Shown: positions 39,676 through 54,393, numbered from the stretch's first letter. The stretch: 64,000 nucleotides of DNA from Veleropilina oligotropha (GCA_048128005.1 JBEUKZ010000049.1:124001-188000), one strand, 5' to 3'. The notes: generated by a model not told the origin, from the sequence alone. Numbers and translations are program-made.

Positions 39676-41004
39676 CTATATATAAGTTTCATAGAGAGGT
39701 GTATATAATCAGGCACCCGAGAAGTGTGCAGTAGGCCGGCCACCTATTTCGTTACAGACCTATGCCTTACCTATGCCATGGGTGACGTCACCAAGGACAA
39801 CGTTTGATGAAGTCATTTTATGACGCGTTTTTCATATTTTCACTCACGAGAGTGAAATATGGAAAATAATTTCACTCACGTGAGTGAAAATATAGATGAG
39901 TGAATTACCGATTATATTTGTGCCATTATTTAACGAATAACAGATCCATTTATATAATAAGTGACAATATTGACTTTGTATATTGTGCATCTACGAAATA
40001 AAAAAAACACATTACAAAATTTGAGTAATTATTGTTTTTAATGTCATCGTGTATTCTATTTTTACAATTGTTTGTTTATATAATAATTATAATAATAATT
40101 GAAGATTTATATCGCGCTGTAGCGTAAAGCTTCTAATAGTAGCCCGGGTCTCTAATAAACGCTGGGTCAGATAGAGATGTCATGATGCTAACAACGTGCA
40201 CGCCCCAAAATAAAAGCATACTGTGTTCGCGTGTTTAGTCTGTCTGTGTGATGTCTGAACAAATCCACGTGTTGTCTGATAATTTGAAACGATGTCAAAA
40301 TTGTTATTTGCGATGACCTGTCTCAAAATCATCTTCACTGAAAAACTCAAAGAAACGAAACCCGTTGCCACCCATTTGACTTAAAAAACGCATTTCATTG
40401 GTTGTTAAAATCAGGCCCCAATTTGACATGTAAACATTGCTTTAGCAGACGAAAGATCACCGCCATTTTATCCAGATAGCGATGTTTTGAAGGTATACTA
40501 TTTACACTAAGCCTTTCGAATTAATGAAATAGCTTGAAGTATGTAAAATCATGAAGTTCATGGAAATGTCAGAGGCTATTTTGGTAAATATTGACAAGAT
40601 TAGAACATGAAAATGGACTTTTTCTACTGTCGTGACCTGAAGTTATTTGCAGATTTACCGATGAGAAATAGGAAAATATGGTATTTTCTCTCAACGTAGT
40701 AGTAGTATTGTCATGAAACTAAGGTAATAGATTGAATAGCATAACCATGTGTCTTTTATAAGAATTGTAATATTTTGTAGTTTGACTTTTGTTGCCTTTT
40801 ACATCATTTGACGAGGTTCGGAACTTGAGTCTTGTTTTTCTGAAGAACGCATAAAAAACAAGACAAAGTTCGCCAAATGATACAAAACGCAGCGAAACCA
40901 TGATAAATGTGTCGGCTTTATAAATGTTATCATTTCTAAGCACGATTTTATAAAAATGCAAGTTTAATTTCTTAATTTCCATTGAAATTTATTTGAAGGG
41001 ACAA

Positions 41005-41023
41005 CAAAATGGCGGCCATTTTG
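41005..41023. promoter_or_regulatory. Palindromic double YY1-like motif, candidate promoter region of the SET gene
   Basis: caaaatggcggccattttg, with further motifs cgccatttt (~40461) and aaaatggcgg (~41668). Confidence 0.3.
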
Positions 41024-44000
41024 AAATGAAATGAACACGCATAGCAACCCGAATCTACGTGCGGAAAAATTCTTATTGCGCCCACTAAAGTGCATACTAC
41101 CCTCGTTCTATTTTTAAACATGGTCGTTACTTTAGCACACTTTAGACATATATGGGAAAACTTTATTTTGTATAATACTAATGTTAAGTTTATACTATAT
41201 GTTAAAGATGAGGCAATTATGAGAGCGCATAATTTTAATATTTTAGGACTAGGCCCCTAACGAAGTCTAAACCAGAAGATTTATTGACATGTAGTTTTCA
41301 GCATTTTATAAACTTCAGCTTCGTATTTGCATGTTAAATGAAAATCTCCTAGTCATTTATCTATTATTGTCATTTTGACTGTCCATTTTCCATAATATTG
41401 TCTAAGTTGTATAATACCTTTTATTGATTTCAGTATATAATTTAAATTATATTGACTTTGTGTCTGTAAATCTCAGAAAAACTCTCTGCATGACTAAAAT
41501 TACACGTGTTATGATGTCTGCTTCTATTTTCCATAAATTTATCTGTTAGTATGTACTTCCAACAATGCATATAATCGGTACATTTTAATGGCCCTGGGCT
41601 AGCAAATTTTCTTTTTTGGCCTGTATATAATTGAGTTATTATGCAGGGTTTCCTTCAGATATAAAAAAAAATGGCGGACGTCAATGGTGGGTGCGGGGAC
41701 CTTAACTTAGATCCCTCGCAGCATAATAAAAAAAACACTCTGAAATGACCTTTCATGGGTCCTAAGGGGGAAAAGTATATATTTTGTGCTTCACTGAACT
41801 GTAAAAGTTGGTAGGGGGATACCTGCCGCCCAAGAGCTCTTCACAGGGGTTCACAGGTAAACATTGCAGCTATAGCTAGATAAACGCATGCAGACGTATT
41901 GCACATATATATATGTAGCGCAAGATAGAGAGAAAAAACCCAACTGGCTTTTTTATGCCCCCATCAATTTATTGGAGGAGCATTAAGATTTACCCTTGTC
42001 CCGTCCCGAAAAAAGCGTGTGAATAGAGGTTACCTTTGAAGTTGAAAGGATCGGAATGCCTCAATAAATCTTTACTCATATTGACTTATGCATATAATCT
42101 TATTAATGAAAATGCGTTGTTTCATTTAAATTGATGATTTTATACATTTTATTCCAGTTTATATGGTCAAAATGTATCTCAATATATGAAATCATTGTCA
42201 GTAGAGACAAAAAAATTAGCTGAGCGTGTCAAATAGGACTATTCTTGTATTTGTTGAAAGACAAGGAGCATCCTCTAATGTTAAAATATCATTAAATGAC
42301 AAACAAAATCATACCATGAGCATTGATGAGCACTTGCTTCTTTCAAGTCGGAGAGGACAATATTTTTGACACCGTTATCAGTTTCCTTTACTTGCAAGAC
42401 AATATTTCATAATAAAGTACATGTGTCTGTAATATCATGTAGTGTAATATTCTTTCAAAAAGTAACAACTAAATGACATTTGTATCTTGTTTTATTTTAA
42501 TTTCCATAGTCTATATTTTTAAAATTGTTATTTTGCGTTATCAATATGTCTGAAGTACAAAATAATCATTAATTCACTCTTACCCAAAACTTGCATGCTG
42601 ACATATTATAAGAGTGACAGAAATTATTTTTTCAAAGAAAGTTCACATGATCTTTAACTTTGACCCAGTGAGTCTATGACCTAATCTTTGATCTTGATCG
42701 ATACGTCAATATGATCATGCAATGGTAAATAAACAAGGCATATAAATCGACGTCATCACATTCTCTCTTAATGTTGCAAATTGAGATTCGTTATCTTCTT
42801 TCTGAAATTTGAGTTGAAGAACTTTCATCCATGTGACCACATCATCAAAATAGGGGAAGGCATGGTGGTATACAAGGTGTATACTGAAGTATCCATGATG
42901 ATTGAAGACCCCTCTATTTTTCTTTAATTTTACAGAAATATATTTCTCATTGGGCTGTAAATATATACAAACAGTGAACCTGACATGGTAATATCATCTT
43001 CGAACTTAGACAAGGAAAGATGGTATCAAGTTGTATGACAAATATTACTATTGACACTCCATTGGTTCCTGTTTTAGTGACAGCTAGATTGCAATATACA
43101 ATGTGACTGAGTAAAAGGACATGCAATAATGACTGTCACATATACCTTCTGGAATTTGCATGGTGATCTATCTTTCCAAGGAATGGTGGCCCACAAGATG
43201 TAATATATACAGTATTAATGTTGAATCTCCGGTGTTTCATTTTATATGTGACAGAAACCAATCTGCACAGTGAAAGAATGTAAACACACTTGACCTTTAG
43301 CATTGTGACCTTTTCTCCGAACTTAAGCAAAGCTTTTATAAAGATATACAAGATATATTAAGGTTGAATGGTTAACTGCATTTCTATACCCCAAATGATA
43401 TAATCTAAATACACAAAATTGACCTTGACATTTAGCATAAGCCATATAGTGACCAGTCATCTAATGTAAAACAAGGCGTAATTATATGTTTGCCAAGTAT
43501 CAATGTTTTTGGCTCAGCTATTCTCTCGTAATAGCATTAAATCAACTAAAATATATCATCCTATATATGACCGGTATTTAAAAAGTGCAAAGCATATTCT
43601 AATTTATTATAAATTAAAATAAACAATTGCGATGTGGCTGTTGGATACACCCGTGTCAGGACAGAAGAGAGTATTTTCATGTATCGATATTATCTTAATA
43701 TAATGGAGCTATAATTGTATGTGTGTCGGTCTGTCTGTCTGTTTCAAGTTGAACTCCTCCCAGACGCTTTGACCTAGGACCTTCAAACTTTGGGGGGTTA
43801 ATCGGGGTCCCCCAAGGAAGGTTTACCACGAAAAAAATTCGGAAAATTCGCGAAAAAAAAAAAAATTTACTATCATTTTTAATATAATCGAGAAAAAAAA
43901 AAAAAAAAAAAAAGGGAGCAATCCAAAAAAAAAAAAAAAAAATTTGGGCTGGGGGGACTTACCCGGCGAAGACGGGTACCATTGCTAGTAAAAGTAATTT

Positions 44001-44591
44001 TCATTAATTCAAAGTTGTCATGAGTATAACAATTACATATATATATAGAATAGATCTACATTCAGAAGAAGTTGTTAAAAATTAAATGATGCAATTGTTC
44101 AGAACCAACAAATTCCAGTTATAAGTGTCTAAATGTGCTCTATTACAATATGTCAAATAAAATGTCCTCTCCGAATAAAAATTGATCTCTGTTAGCAACT
44201 TATTATGACTTTTGAATAACAAGTTGTTTCAAATACATTTTTTATTTCAATTTTAATAGTAATTGTTGTCACATAACATGAAAATGTTCATATATATATG
44301 TGTATTATTGTAATCTCTTTACATGTCAAAATAAAATGTCCTCTCCGAATGAAATTGATCTCTGCGATTTGCTTATTTTGAGGTCATATATCTCGATAAC
44401 CATTTACCATGAACCCCTGAAATTTTACATCGGAATACAATTTTACTCTCTCCATCTGCAAAATACTAGAGAAATTATGTAACTGATTATCCTTAATAAT
44501 TATAAGCAATGTCATATATTGGACAATATTTTTATTAGTCCAAATTTCACCATTAATTTCATTTTTTTGGAAAAAACCCCAGGTCTTTTAA

Positions 44592-44940
44592 AGGGACAGG
44601 GTCTGCTTCTGATCGCTAAATACTATTAAACACCATTTAATCTAACACGTTTTGTATGTATTCATTGTCTAAAGTTGGGATGGTTTACGTATGAGCACAT
44701 TCTGGAAAAAAATTGGACATTTAATAAAAAGTTATTTTTATTTAAATTTTGATTAAAAGGCGTACGCTTTTTAATCAAAATTTAAATAAAAATCACTTTT
44801 TATTAATTGTCCAATTCTTTTTCAGAATGTGGTAATATGTAAACCATCCCAACTTTAGACAATGAATACATATAGAAAGTGGTACATTAAATGGTGTTTA
44901 ATAGTACCGTATTTAGCGATCTGAAGCAGACCCTGTCCCT
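44592..44940. mobile_element. Kolobok-type palindromic MITE
   Basis: ttaa|agggacagggtctgcttc...gaagcagaccctgtccct|ttaa; the whole element is an inverted repeat. Confidence 0.88.
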
Positions 44941-45765
44941 TTAAAGCAATATATATTGTAATTTTAATCCAAACATTCCAGTGGTGATATTTTGTCATTC
45001 AGGGTATAACAGAAGCATTTTTCATGGCCAATCAAGGTGTGTGAGGCAAATAATGTATTAAAATGGAATTTTTTGAAACTTCATCTATTTGAACAGAAAA
45101 AAATAAAAGTTGCATAGTTGATGGGTCCAATTGTGAACAAATGTTATATTTGAACTGTATACAAATTAATAAAATTCATATGAAATCATATAGATACTAT
45201 TTTAATTTTGACCTTGTGAGACTATATCATATATTGTACCCTGATTGTAAAACAACCCATATATCGAATTTAACCCTCATGGCTTCGGGACTCAAAGGGT
45301 TAAGTCATTTGAATTTAAATAGTTATCGTTATAAATCTTGGTGGATGTATAATACTATTAAGTATAGTTGTTAACTTTTGCCAATTTCAATGCTGTGCAG
45401 TGATTACAGATCTATATAGGTATATATATATATATCCCTTGTTATTACTTTTAAAAAGCAATGATATTTTCTTTATCCTAATGTAGTTTCTTAAAAATAC
45501 AGCATGTACAGTAATAATTTTATTGTAAATGTACCAATTTGTCATTATGAATATTGGGAAATATTGAAGCTTCTGTCTTGATTATAATTGATTTAGTTGT
45601 TGGCCAGAGTTTGAAACGTTTTTGTATTATTTATTGCCAATCTTCAGCCATCTCATTTAATATGGAAAACAAACCATTGCTTTAAGAAGTTTTGTATCGA
45701 GTAAAATATATTGTCACGATTAGTGTGTAACATATTAATGTATTCATTTTTCATATTTTCAGCTA

Positions 45766-48700
45766 ATGAAAAGCCTTCAAAATGAAATAAAAACAGTAAG
45801 TAACTTAATTAATTATAGCCCCCGTAAGGTCAAAGTTAAGGGGGGTATATATTGGAGTCGCCCTGTCTGCCCATCTGTTTGTCCATCCGTTCTCACGAAA
45901 TAGGGGTTATGTGACTGTTTATATGCATGTGCCCAGACGAGCTTTATGTGACCCATTACTGCATGTGACTAGTCACATATATGATATAACACAGTGAAAT
46001 TAATGTGTGCAAATGATTCCTATGGGGTCGCAGATCATGGATTTTAAATCAAGTCATATATTTTGTTCCCATCGGTCGAGTTTGGATGCGGTGGTCCATA
46101 TCATTTGATAATTTGGTCACTTTAGTATCATATGATATACTGACACCATGGAATGTGATGACTTAATATTAGACTTGATAAAATCACTACGGGAAATGGT
46201 CAGTTAAACACCAAACCGTGAGAAAAAATTTATTAGTCACATAAATGCAATAGTCACATTGCATTATTGGCACCAAAAAAAGAACACGTAACACCCAATT
46301 CGTGGGTCCGCCCAGACTATTCCTGTTAGCCTGTTAAGCAGATTTCATCAACGCTTGCCTGGATGTCCGTCCGTTCCCGCCATCCTGCTAAACAGATTTC
46401 ATCAACACTATAGATAGTACTTGCCAAGTTGGCATACATGATCACTGCATCATGTAGTTGTTACCTGTGATAAATTTTCCCAGTTTGACTTTTGATCTTT
46501 TCATACTGACTGCTAAACATTGTCTTTTTACACACCTCCCCCTGTAATGAAGTCAGGGGGGCATATTGGAATCACCCTGTTTTTCTGTCCATGCGGGATA
46601 TTCCTGCCAGACTTCATCAACACTTGGCATGTACATGATCACTACATCATGTACTTCAGTTGTTACCCATAATATCATGGTTGTACTCATGCAAATACAT
46701 AGCGCAATAACCCAAATTTATTTTCAGAAAAGACGATCCCCAACAGGATGGGCTGAATTCTGGTGTGAGGCGGGGCTTGATCCGGATGGGTTAGAAAAAC
46801 GTTTTGTATCAAGAAACATCGGTATGTGTTAATTCTCTCTATATTGATCAATATAATAATTAATATGCATGTTTCGTATGTTACTATAAAATTTTGGCAA
46901 TTATTGTATCCCCTGAAACAAAAGTGTCGGGGGATACTATGCCGGCGGCGTAACGGACACTAAACCATAGTGGCCATTACGCCGCCGCATCCGCCGAGAG
47001 ATTCCTTGTGATCGCTCTGGACAGGCCATTTCTAAATGGAATGTTTTCAAATATGGTATGTGCATTGGTTGGGGAGTGGACACAACATCTATAGAATTTG
47101 GATGTGGTTCAAGTCCAACTTCAAAGATGGTCGCTCCAAGACAGGTCATTACCGGGGATACATGTATATGAGGTCACATGTTACTGAGCGTTCTAGTTTT
47201 AAACATATTTAATACACAAATCTGAACATAGTTTCTGGAGGCATAGATCAGGTCAATAATATATGTGTGAGACAATAGCCACTTACAAACCCTTAGTACA
47301 GATTTAATTAAGTTAATGTATATTATATATATTGTCCGATTGTCATGATTATTGACTCAAAATATATATCTTTTTTGACAGGATATGGTGTATTTGCAAC
47401 ACGGAAATTCGATAAAGGAGATTTCCTTTTAGAGTACACAGGACCTCGCATTACCGATGCCGATAAAAGAGAGGAAGCAGGGAACACCTTTCTTTTTGGC
47501 TTCAAGTTTCATGGAAGAACTCGGTGGTATGTATAATTATATACAAAATTATTTAAATTAGTTCCCCACCACAAGCGTAGTCGGGGTAGTGATGGAAGAA
47601 GGTATTGCAATCAGGTCGGTTTGTCTGTGTGTCTGTCCGTGAGCATATCTCAACAACCATTGATCAGATTTTATAACGCATTATACGGTTTGCGGATTGT
47701 CTGTCCGCGGGCATATCTTAACAACCATTGCTCCGATTTATATTTGTTTCACACACGGTATGGCCCACCCTAAGGTCGGTCCTCTTCAAAGATGATAGAA
47801 ATCGGATCCGGATTTTATGACGCGATTTTCGGCTATATTTTAACGACCATTGATCCGATTTATTCACTTTTTTGACACAAGATAGAGTCCACCCTAGGAT
47901 CGGTCCTCCTTAAATATGATTGGAGTCGGAAAGCGGATGTGAATTTTATGACGCAATTTCCCGTTTCCGCTTTTTCGGCTCTAACTCAACGACCATTGAT
48001 CCGATTTACTTACTTTTATCCCTTGATGCTAACCGGGGGGATCTTACGATCGCCTAGTCTGTCCGTCTGTCTGTCTGTATGTAATCGATATCGTTTCCAG
48101 AGCATATGATGATATCTCGTACACCGTTCAACATAACTTTACGAAACTTGCTGGGTATATTACGTAGTAGGTGAACTGGTGCCTTTTCCCAGCATCGACG
48201 TTGTGCGATGATTATTAACAGAGTTATAGCCCTTGCTGTAAATTTGTGAATGTTATCTTTTCCGGAGCGTGTCTCATATACCAATCAACGTAACTTTATG
48301 AAACTTGCTGGGTGTATTACGGTAGATCGCCCAGTCTGTCCATCCGTCTGCTTGTCTGTCTGTCTGTCCATCTGTTTGTATGTGATCGATATCGTTACCG
48401 GAGCGTATTTCGTACACCTCAACATAACTTATGAAACATGCTCGGTGTATTACGTAGTAAGTTAACTGAAGCCTTGTGCCAGTCTCGGCCTTGTGCGGCG
48501 ATTATTAACAGAGTTATTGCCCTTGCTGTAAATTCGTTAATGTTTTTTTCTGGAGCGTATCTCGTACACTGCTCAACATAACTTTACAAATCTTGCTGGG
48601 TTCATTAAACAATGTTTACATGTATGCGGTTTATTCCTGTCCGGTTTTCCGCATGCGGCTGATGCCTCGCGGGAAATTCATTTATGTTGCACCGGGGGGG

Positions 48701-51700
48701 ATACGTCATCTTCCGATGACCCTTGTTTTAACAAGATAGGGTCCAATCTATGCTCTGTCCTCATTACAGATAATCCCAGTCGGAAAGAGGATCCGGAGTT
48801 TATGACGCAATTTCCGGTTTGCAGATTTTTGGCTCTAGCGCTAGAACGCTCTCAGTATACAAACTTCAAATTAGGCTCAAAAGGTTCTTCAACTATTATT
48901 CGCAGAGATTTCTAGATTTCACCATTCCTTGCCACCAGGGTGAAGGTTTGCTATCTCGGATTGCCTTGTTATTATAGTAGTCGGCTTCATACGTATGTAT
49001 GTACGTACGATCTTGTTAATGCAAAAACTGAATAAACCAATTTATTTTGTATTTGGTGACAACTTGTCCTGAACAATTTATCCTTGACAATTCCACATTG
49101 GGACAATTTGTCCCTCGGACAATTTATACCTAGGACAGTTCATCTCGGGCAGTTCGTCCCCATATCAATAGACAGTTTGTTGATGTTTTATAATAATATT
49201 TTATATTTTTATATATATATGTATATATATCTCCATATCATTAGACAGTTGTTGATGAACGATAATATTATTTCATAGCTAGGCTAACAGTAATACATGT
49301 TTATTTATATTTAGCTAATTGTATGGTTTAGGCATCGTTCAGCCGCCTCAGAGATTTATTGTGTGCGCTCTACAGCGAAAGGTTATAATCTGATTTGATT
49401 CAAATTTCGTATGTACGTCAGTTTATGATGAGGACATGCCAACTAATGATTTTTTCGTTGTTTTCGTATCCAAAATGACCACCATGAAAAAGATGGTAAA
49501 GTTTATCTGGAAAACAAACAGAGTACGGTACTGCATGATGCAATATGCTTGCATGACCGTTAGCTATTTTCACTGAAATATTTTGACCACTCAACAGCAT
49601 CATACTGATCCCGCTAGCGGCATATGTTAATATGACTTGGCCACTAGCAGCGCATTTACCGTGCCGGTGCACTGCCGCTAGCCGCACATGTTGGTGAGGG
49701 TTTGGAAACGGTATGTGGCACACTATTTCATGTAGTTTTGCAAGGCGAGGCAATTGAATAACCATTGGGATATAAATGTATTATCTTCAACGACGAATCA
49801 TCCACGCTCCTCGACAGAAAATTCCATGATGACGAATTGATGTTTAACGACCACGCCAACAGTATTTCAGTTATAAATCGGGTCAATCAACTTTGAATGA
49901 TGAAATGAAGTGGTGCTGTTTGCAATGGAAGCAGCGATCATTGGAAAAATCCCCGGCACTCCCGGAGCTTGAACCCGTGACCTTTCGTTTAGTAGACCAG
50001 CACCGTGTCCACTCGGCCACGCTGCCCCCAGAAAATTCCATGAATCCGCAATATAATGATATAAAGTATGTGCTATATTATAATAACATTGCTTTATTAT
50101 ATGCCCACCGAAGACGAGGTGTATTATGCTACATGGCGATGTCCGTCCGTCCGCCTCCTTATCACTATCTTCTGGCTCTCGTTCTAAAACAAAGAAATTT
50201 CATTTTTGCACGAAAGTGTTTTTCGATAAAACTTACTGAATAGGTTAATCATGTGACAATTGCCACAAAGAAGCTTATTCAAACTAGTATGAATTGCGCG
50301 GGCGTATTATGTGTCGTTTACTTAAATTTACTCTTGTTGTAAAATTATATGTAGGCTAATATACAGTATTAAATTACTGCATATGTAAGCATATAATTTT
50401 CACCTTTCCAACATGGTAATGTGTGTTTGAATTTTTGCTTGAATCAATGTTTCTTGACATTATTGCAATATTTATAAACAAAATCACAATTCTACCAGAC
50501 ACATTCAAGCCAACAGGTAACTTTGAAATACATTAGCCTCACTATAAATGTTGCGATTTTTCACAAGGTCCTGATGACTTGTTAGTGGATTTGTCCAGCT
50601 GTCTAATAAGGACACGCTACCTAATGATTTTTACTTCAAGATGGCTGTCATGGCAGCCATTTTGTTCGAAGAGATTTCTTGAGTGCGCTTTACAGTGAAA
50701 TGTTCTTATCCGAATTGATTCAAATCTGGTATGCACATTAGTAAAGATGAGGACACGCATCTCAATGATTTCAGTATAAATTATATGACCGCCATGTATG
50801 CAGAGATTTCGTTTATACTGTCTACATCGATGTTTGTCGTTTTTGGATACAATGTCGTTGTTATATTTGGCATCCATTTTGCTCGAAGTGATTTCGTTTG
50901 TGCGCTACTATGAACTGAGTTTTTATTAAATCATATCATTCGGATGATAAGATTATAGGTCAATAGTAAGTTTTTGTCAGACAATGAACCTATGTTATTA
51001 AAGATGCTGAATCTACATTCATATGATATTTCATATAAAATAAAACTATAAATACGATATGGTATCCATACATGACATGTTTTTAGGACGAAGGAAAAGT
51101 TAAAATGCATCAAAAGGTGTTGCTAGCATTTATTACTCGCTTCAGCCGACGTGGTATTTTAATCGAGCGCGTCAATCTTCCGAAGTCATCGTATCTCATT
51201 TATCGAGGACGGACACGTCCGATCGTCATTGGGTCAAACGTCACATGGTCCTGTCGATTTGAATGACATCACAGAGCAAGCAAACTAGAGTCACAGATCA
51301 GTGTTTATCGGTTCGCTGAAATTGACATATTGCTTTGAAACATTTAGCTAGTTTCTCATAATTGTAGTATATGGCAGCAATACTAACACAATAACCACAT
51401 TTATTTCACCAACTAATTAGGCCGATAACGGCGATGACAGTCTATAACGGCGGCCTGTCTCTCTTTCGCTTGTCGACATCCGCCATGGAAACCGATATAA
51501 GCAAAACTCAGACAATGACGACCTTGAAATGACACGGTATATATAGATCGCGGGGTTGATTTAGGGCGGAGCTAAGTGACGTGTTGATTCCGCCAAGCCG
51601 TCGTTCATTTCCGTTTAAATCTCGTGTACAATCGGATCGAATTATGAGCGTGCGCCCATAATTCAATAAAAATATTTCAAATATTTATTACTAAGTGAAA

Positions 51701-52080
51701 ACATTTTTTGCTGTGTGTGGTAATCTCTGAAACGTCCTAACTATATGCAATAAATCAAAGCAGAAAGTGTAAGATAGAACAGCATTTAAATACGTTTTAG
51801 CGATCTGAAGTAGATCCTGCATCTTTACGCGGAATCGTCTGTAATAAATGAAATTCTTCAATTTTACAGGATTGATGGATCCAAGACAGTAAATCGTTTA
51901 CTATGTGGTCTTGCAAATGATGCCGAAAATGGATCTCCTATGTGCAACAGCAAAATGAAGTTAATGTCAATTAAAAATTACCCAAGACTATGTTTGTTTG
52001 CCACCAAAGAAATAGCAGAAGGCCAGGAAATTCGGTATGACTACGGTGAAAAGTCTGTCAAATTGCCATGGAGGAATAAG
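45766..52080 (+). CDS. Spliced SET-domain protein-lysine methyltransferase, PR-Set7/SETD8-like (exons 45766-45795, 46728-46821, 47382-47526, 51870-52080; possible last exon 55923-55967)
   Basis: GT-AG introns with compatible phases give MKSLQNEIKT-KRRSPTGWAEFWCEAGLDPDGLEKRFVSRNIGYGVFATRKFDKGDFLLEYTG...FLFGFKFHGRTRWIDGS...GLANDA...CNSKMK...PRLCLFATKEIAEGQEIRYDYG...LPWR. The first and last exons are less certain. Confidence 0.85.
47560..48970 (+). mobile_element. Intronic Helentron-associated element with a second similar element nested (~48020-48727)
   Basis: (GTCT)n tracts, ~120-bp internal repeats, hairpin ends and ends shared with 29553-30215. Confidence 0.5.
49830..50028 (-). mobile_element. 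tRNA-derived SINE with an I/Nimb LINE-derived 3' tail
   Basis: 15-bp TSD cagaaaattccatga at 49815-49829 and 50029-50043. The head is ggggcagcgtggccgagtgg...gggttcaagctcc and the tail matches 1248-1300. Confidence 0.88.
51002..51824. mobile_element. Kolobok-type non-autonomous element
   Basis: ttaa|agatgctgaatctac...gtagatcctgcatct|ttac. The subterminal ttagcgatctgaag is shared with the 44592-44940 MITE. Confidence 0.6.
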
Positions 52081-52612
52081 GTAATTATAATGGTTTTGTA
52101 TATCACATGTTTTATACTCTGTTTATCAGTGTTTACTTTGTTTATCTGAGAAACAGTAAAAATGTTATTGGGGTGATCATTAAATTTTTTATTTTATTCA
52201 TTAAAATGCAGGGAATCCATCCTGATCCATGCATGTGAGCAAATTATCTTTTCCAAAGCATATTATATATATATCTCATAATCCCATTGACATCACTTAA
52301 TGTCATTGTCACGATCAAATGAAGGCATTGTGACTTAATGTCCATATCCTGGCATAAAATGTGCACTCGTTATTCATAACAAGTGATTTGTGTAGTTTCT
52401 GATGATATACATATAGCATGTCTATATATGAATAGTTTATTTATCTAAGTTGCATGCGATGTTACAGTATTATAAAATAGTAAATCGGATATAGTTTTGC
52501 AGCTCAACTTTTCACAATGTCAAAGTTAGCTTCGACCGTGCCGAACTTGACGAAATTTCTTTCGGCGAAACGTTCGTTACCCAATAATAAAATCGGGCCC
52601 GATTTTATTATT

Positions 52613-52771
52613 TTTAACTTTTAATTCATAGGCGCTCCAGAGACCCCGTCTATAGAATGTTTTGGGAAAATTGCAAAGTTTCTAACTTTAGCTAAGTGGC
52701 AAAAATACATTTGCGGCCTGGGGTTTAAAATTAAAAGCGATTTTCACTACTTACGGGCAATGCATCTTTAA
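52613..52771 (+). repeat. Dispersed repeat ending in TTAA (MITE end); second copy at 19597-19743
   Basis: ttaacttttaattcataggcgct...cgggcaatgca.ctttaa occurs at both sites. Confidence 0.7.
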
Positions 52772-54393
52772 GTAAAGATGTATGGAGATAAATAGGACAG
52801 CAGAATAAAAGCATGATATAACTGTGATACGAATCTGGTAAATGAACCTGTTAATAAATGCTGATAATTTGGGTTGGCTTCCATTTTAATAATTGTATCC
52901 AAAGACGATATTAGTTTGGGATAGTATGATTTAGTCATCGTTCAGCCGCTGCGTGTCACAGAGATTTATTTTTCCTGCTCTACTGTGAAAAGTTTGAATT
53001 TCATTTGATTCACATTCGTCATGTGCTTTAGTTATGAGGAGGACACGCCGCCTAAACAGCCTAAAGATTTTTGTTCATTGGAATTCAAGACGCTTGAATA
53101 AATTTAATGTGCGTGGTACATATATAATATATATACAGTGACATATATACACATGCCCATTGCATGTTTCTTAACACAATTTAAATTATATTGCGCATAT
53201 TTGAGGGTGAAAATTAGGACACAGAGTGACCTGAAATTTGTTTTGCTTTCTAGCTGGTAGTTCACATTTAGATTTGTTTACGGTGGATTCTCTTTATGAT
53301 ATCAGCACCTGACTTGGGCCAACATTTTTTTTTAGTAAGTAGATTAATTTAGACCCATTTTATTTTGCTGCCAATAAACTCGCAGTTAATGAGAATATAT
53401 AGCCGAATAATAGTAAATAAATATGACATTACCACTAATAGAAAATTGTATTGGGATTCAATTAGTTCATTTATGTGGTTTATATTATATCAGACGATCA
53501 CTTATGGCAAAAGGCGAATATCAAACTTATACGAGAACATAGTTTAAATATACATGTATACCAATCTGTTTCCATTTCTACCAGTAAATCGATGTAATCT
53601 TTGTTCGTTTCTGATTGCGTTATATCTGTTTAACTGGCCAGTAGTTCCGAAGATACAGTAATGATAACACATCGCCTAATTATTTTAGTCTTTTTCGGAT
53701 TCAAAATTTTGTTTGAAGAGATGTGTACGCTCTCTTGTGAACAGTTCTTATATGATTTGATTCAAATTTGATATCCACGTTTGGTGTGACGAGGACATGA
53801 TGCCTATCGATTTTTCACCAGTTGCTTTTGGATTTAAGATTGGCTGTCGTGACAGGGAGGGGAAACATCCATCGAATTGGGGGAGGGGGGGGGTTATTCA
53901 CTAGTTGTATATATTATGTAATTCTTCATAACATGAGAGCAGACACATACTAAGGTTAGTGTGTGGATGTACTGTGAATAACAGCTGTGATCAATAAACA
54001 TTTAATGTGAGTAAAAGCATTGGGTAGGTTAAAATGGGATAACACTAGCGTAGCATGGTACATTTGTGAGACGAATGGGTTTATGATCTTTGAATTCAAT
54101 TAAAATTATATGATGACAGTGTAGATATAAATCAAACAATTGACCTAAGAAAAGGCATAATCAGCGTTAACATGGAACAATAAATCTCCAGCAGACCTGT
54201 CAATATTAAAAAATGCCAAAGAGGGAGATTCCTTCGACGAAAAAAATTTAAATTCGCAACGACGGGACCCTCCCGCCAGATACGAGAGCATCGACACGTC
54301 TGCTCCAATGTGGAAAGTATAATGAAAGAATCAAAGCTTTATAAGCTTTATAGCGAGGTTTAAATACGATAAGGTAATGAATGCGTGAGTAAT

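Noticed and set aside
49418..49765. ORF with VILTYAASGISMMLLSG, reminiscent of a Pif1/Helitron helicase motif
   Set aside because: No Walker A or other helicase motifs are nearby. The DNA consists of ccgctagc-like repeats, so the resemblance is likely chance.
49960..50028. tRNA gene candidates (also 11184-11240, 23125-23200 and 56370-56460)
   Set aside because: The cloverleaves are imperfect and followed by SINE bodies, tails and in some cases TSDs; these are SINE heads.
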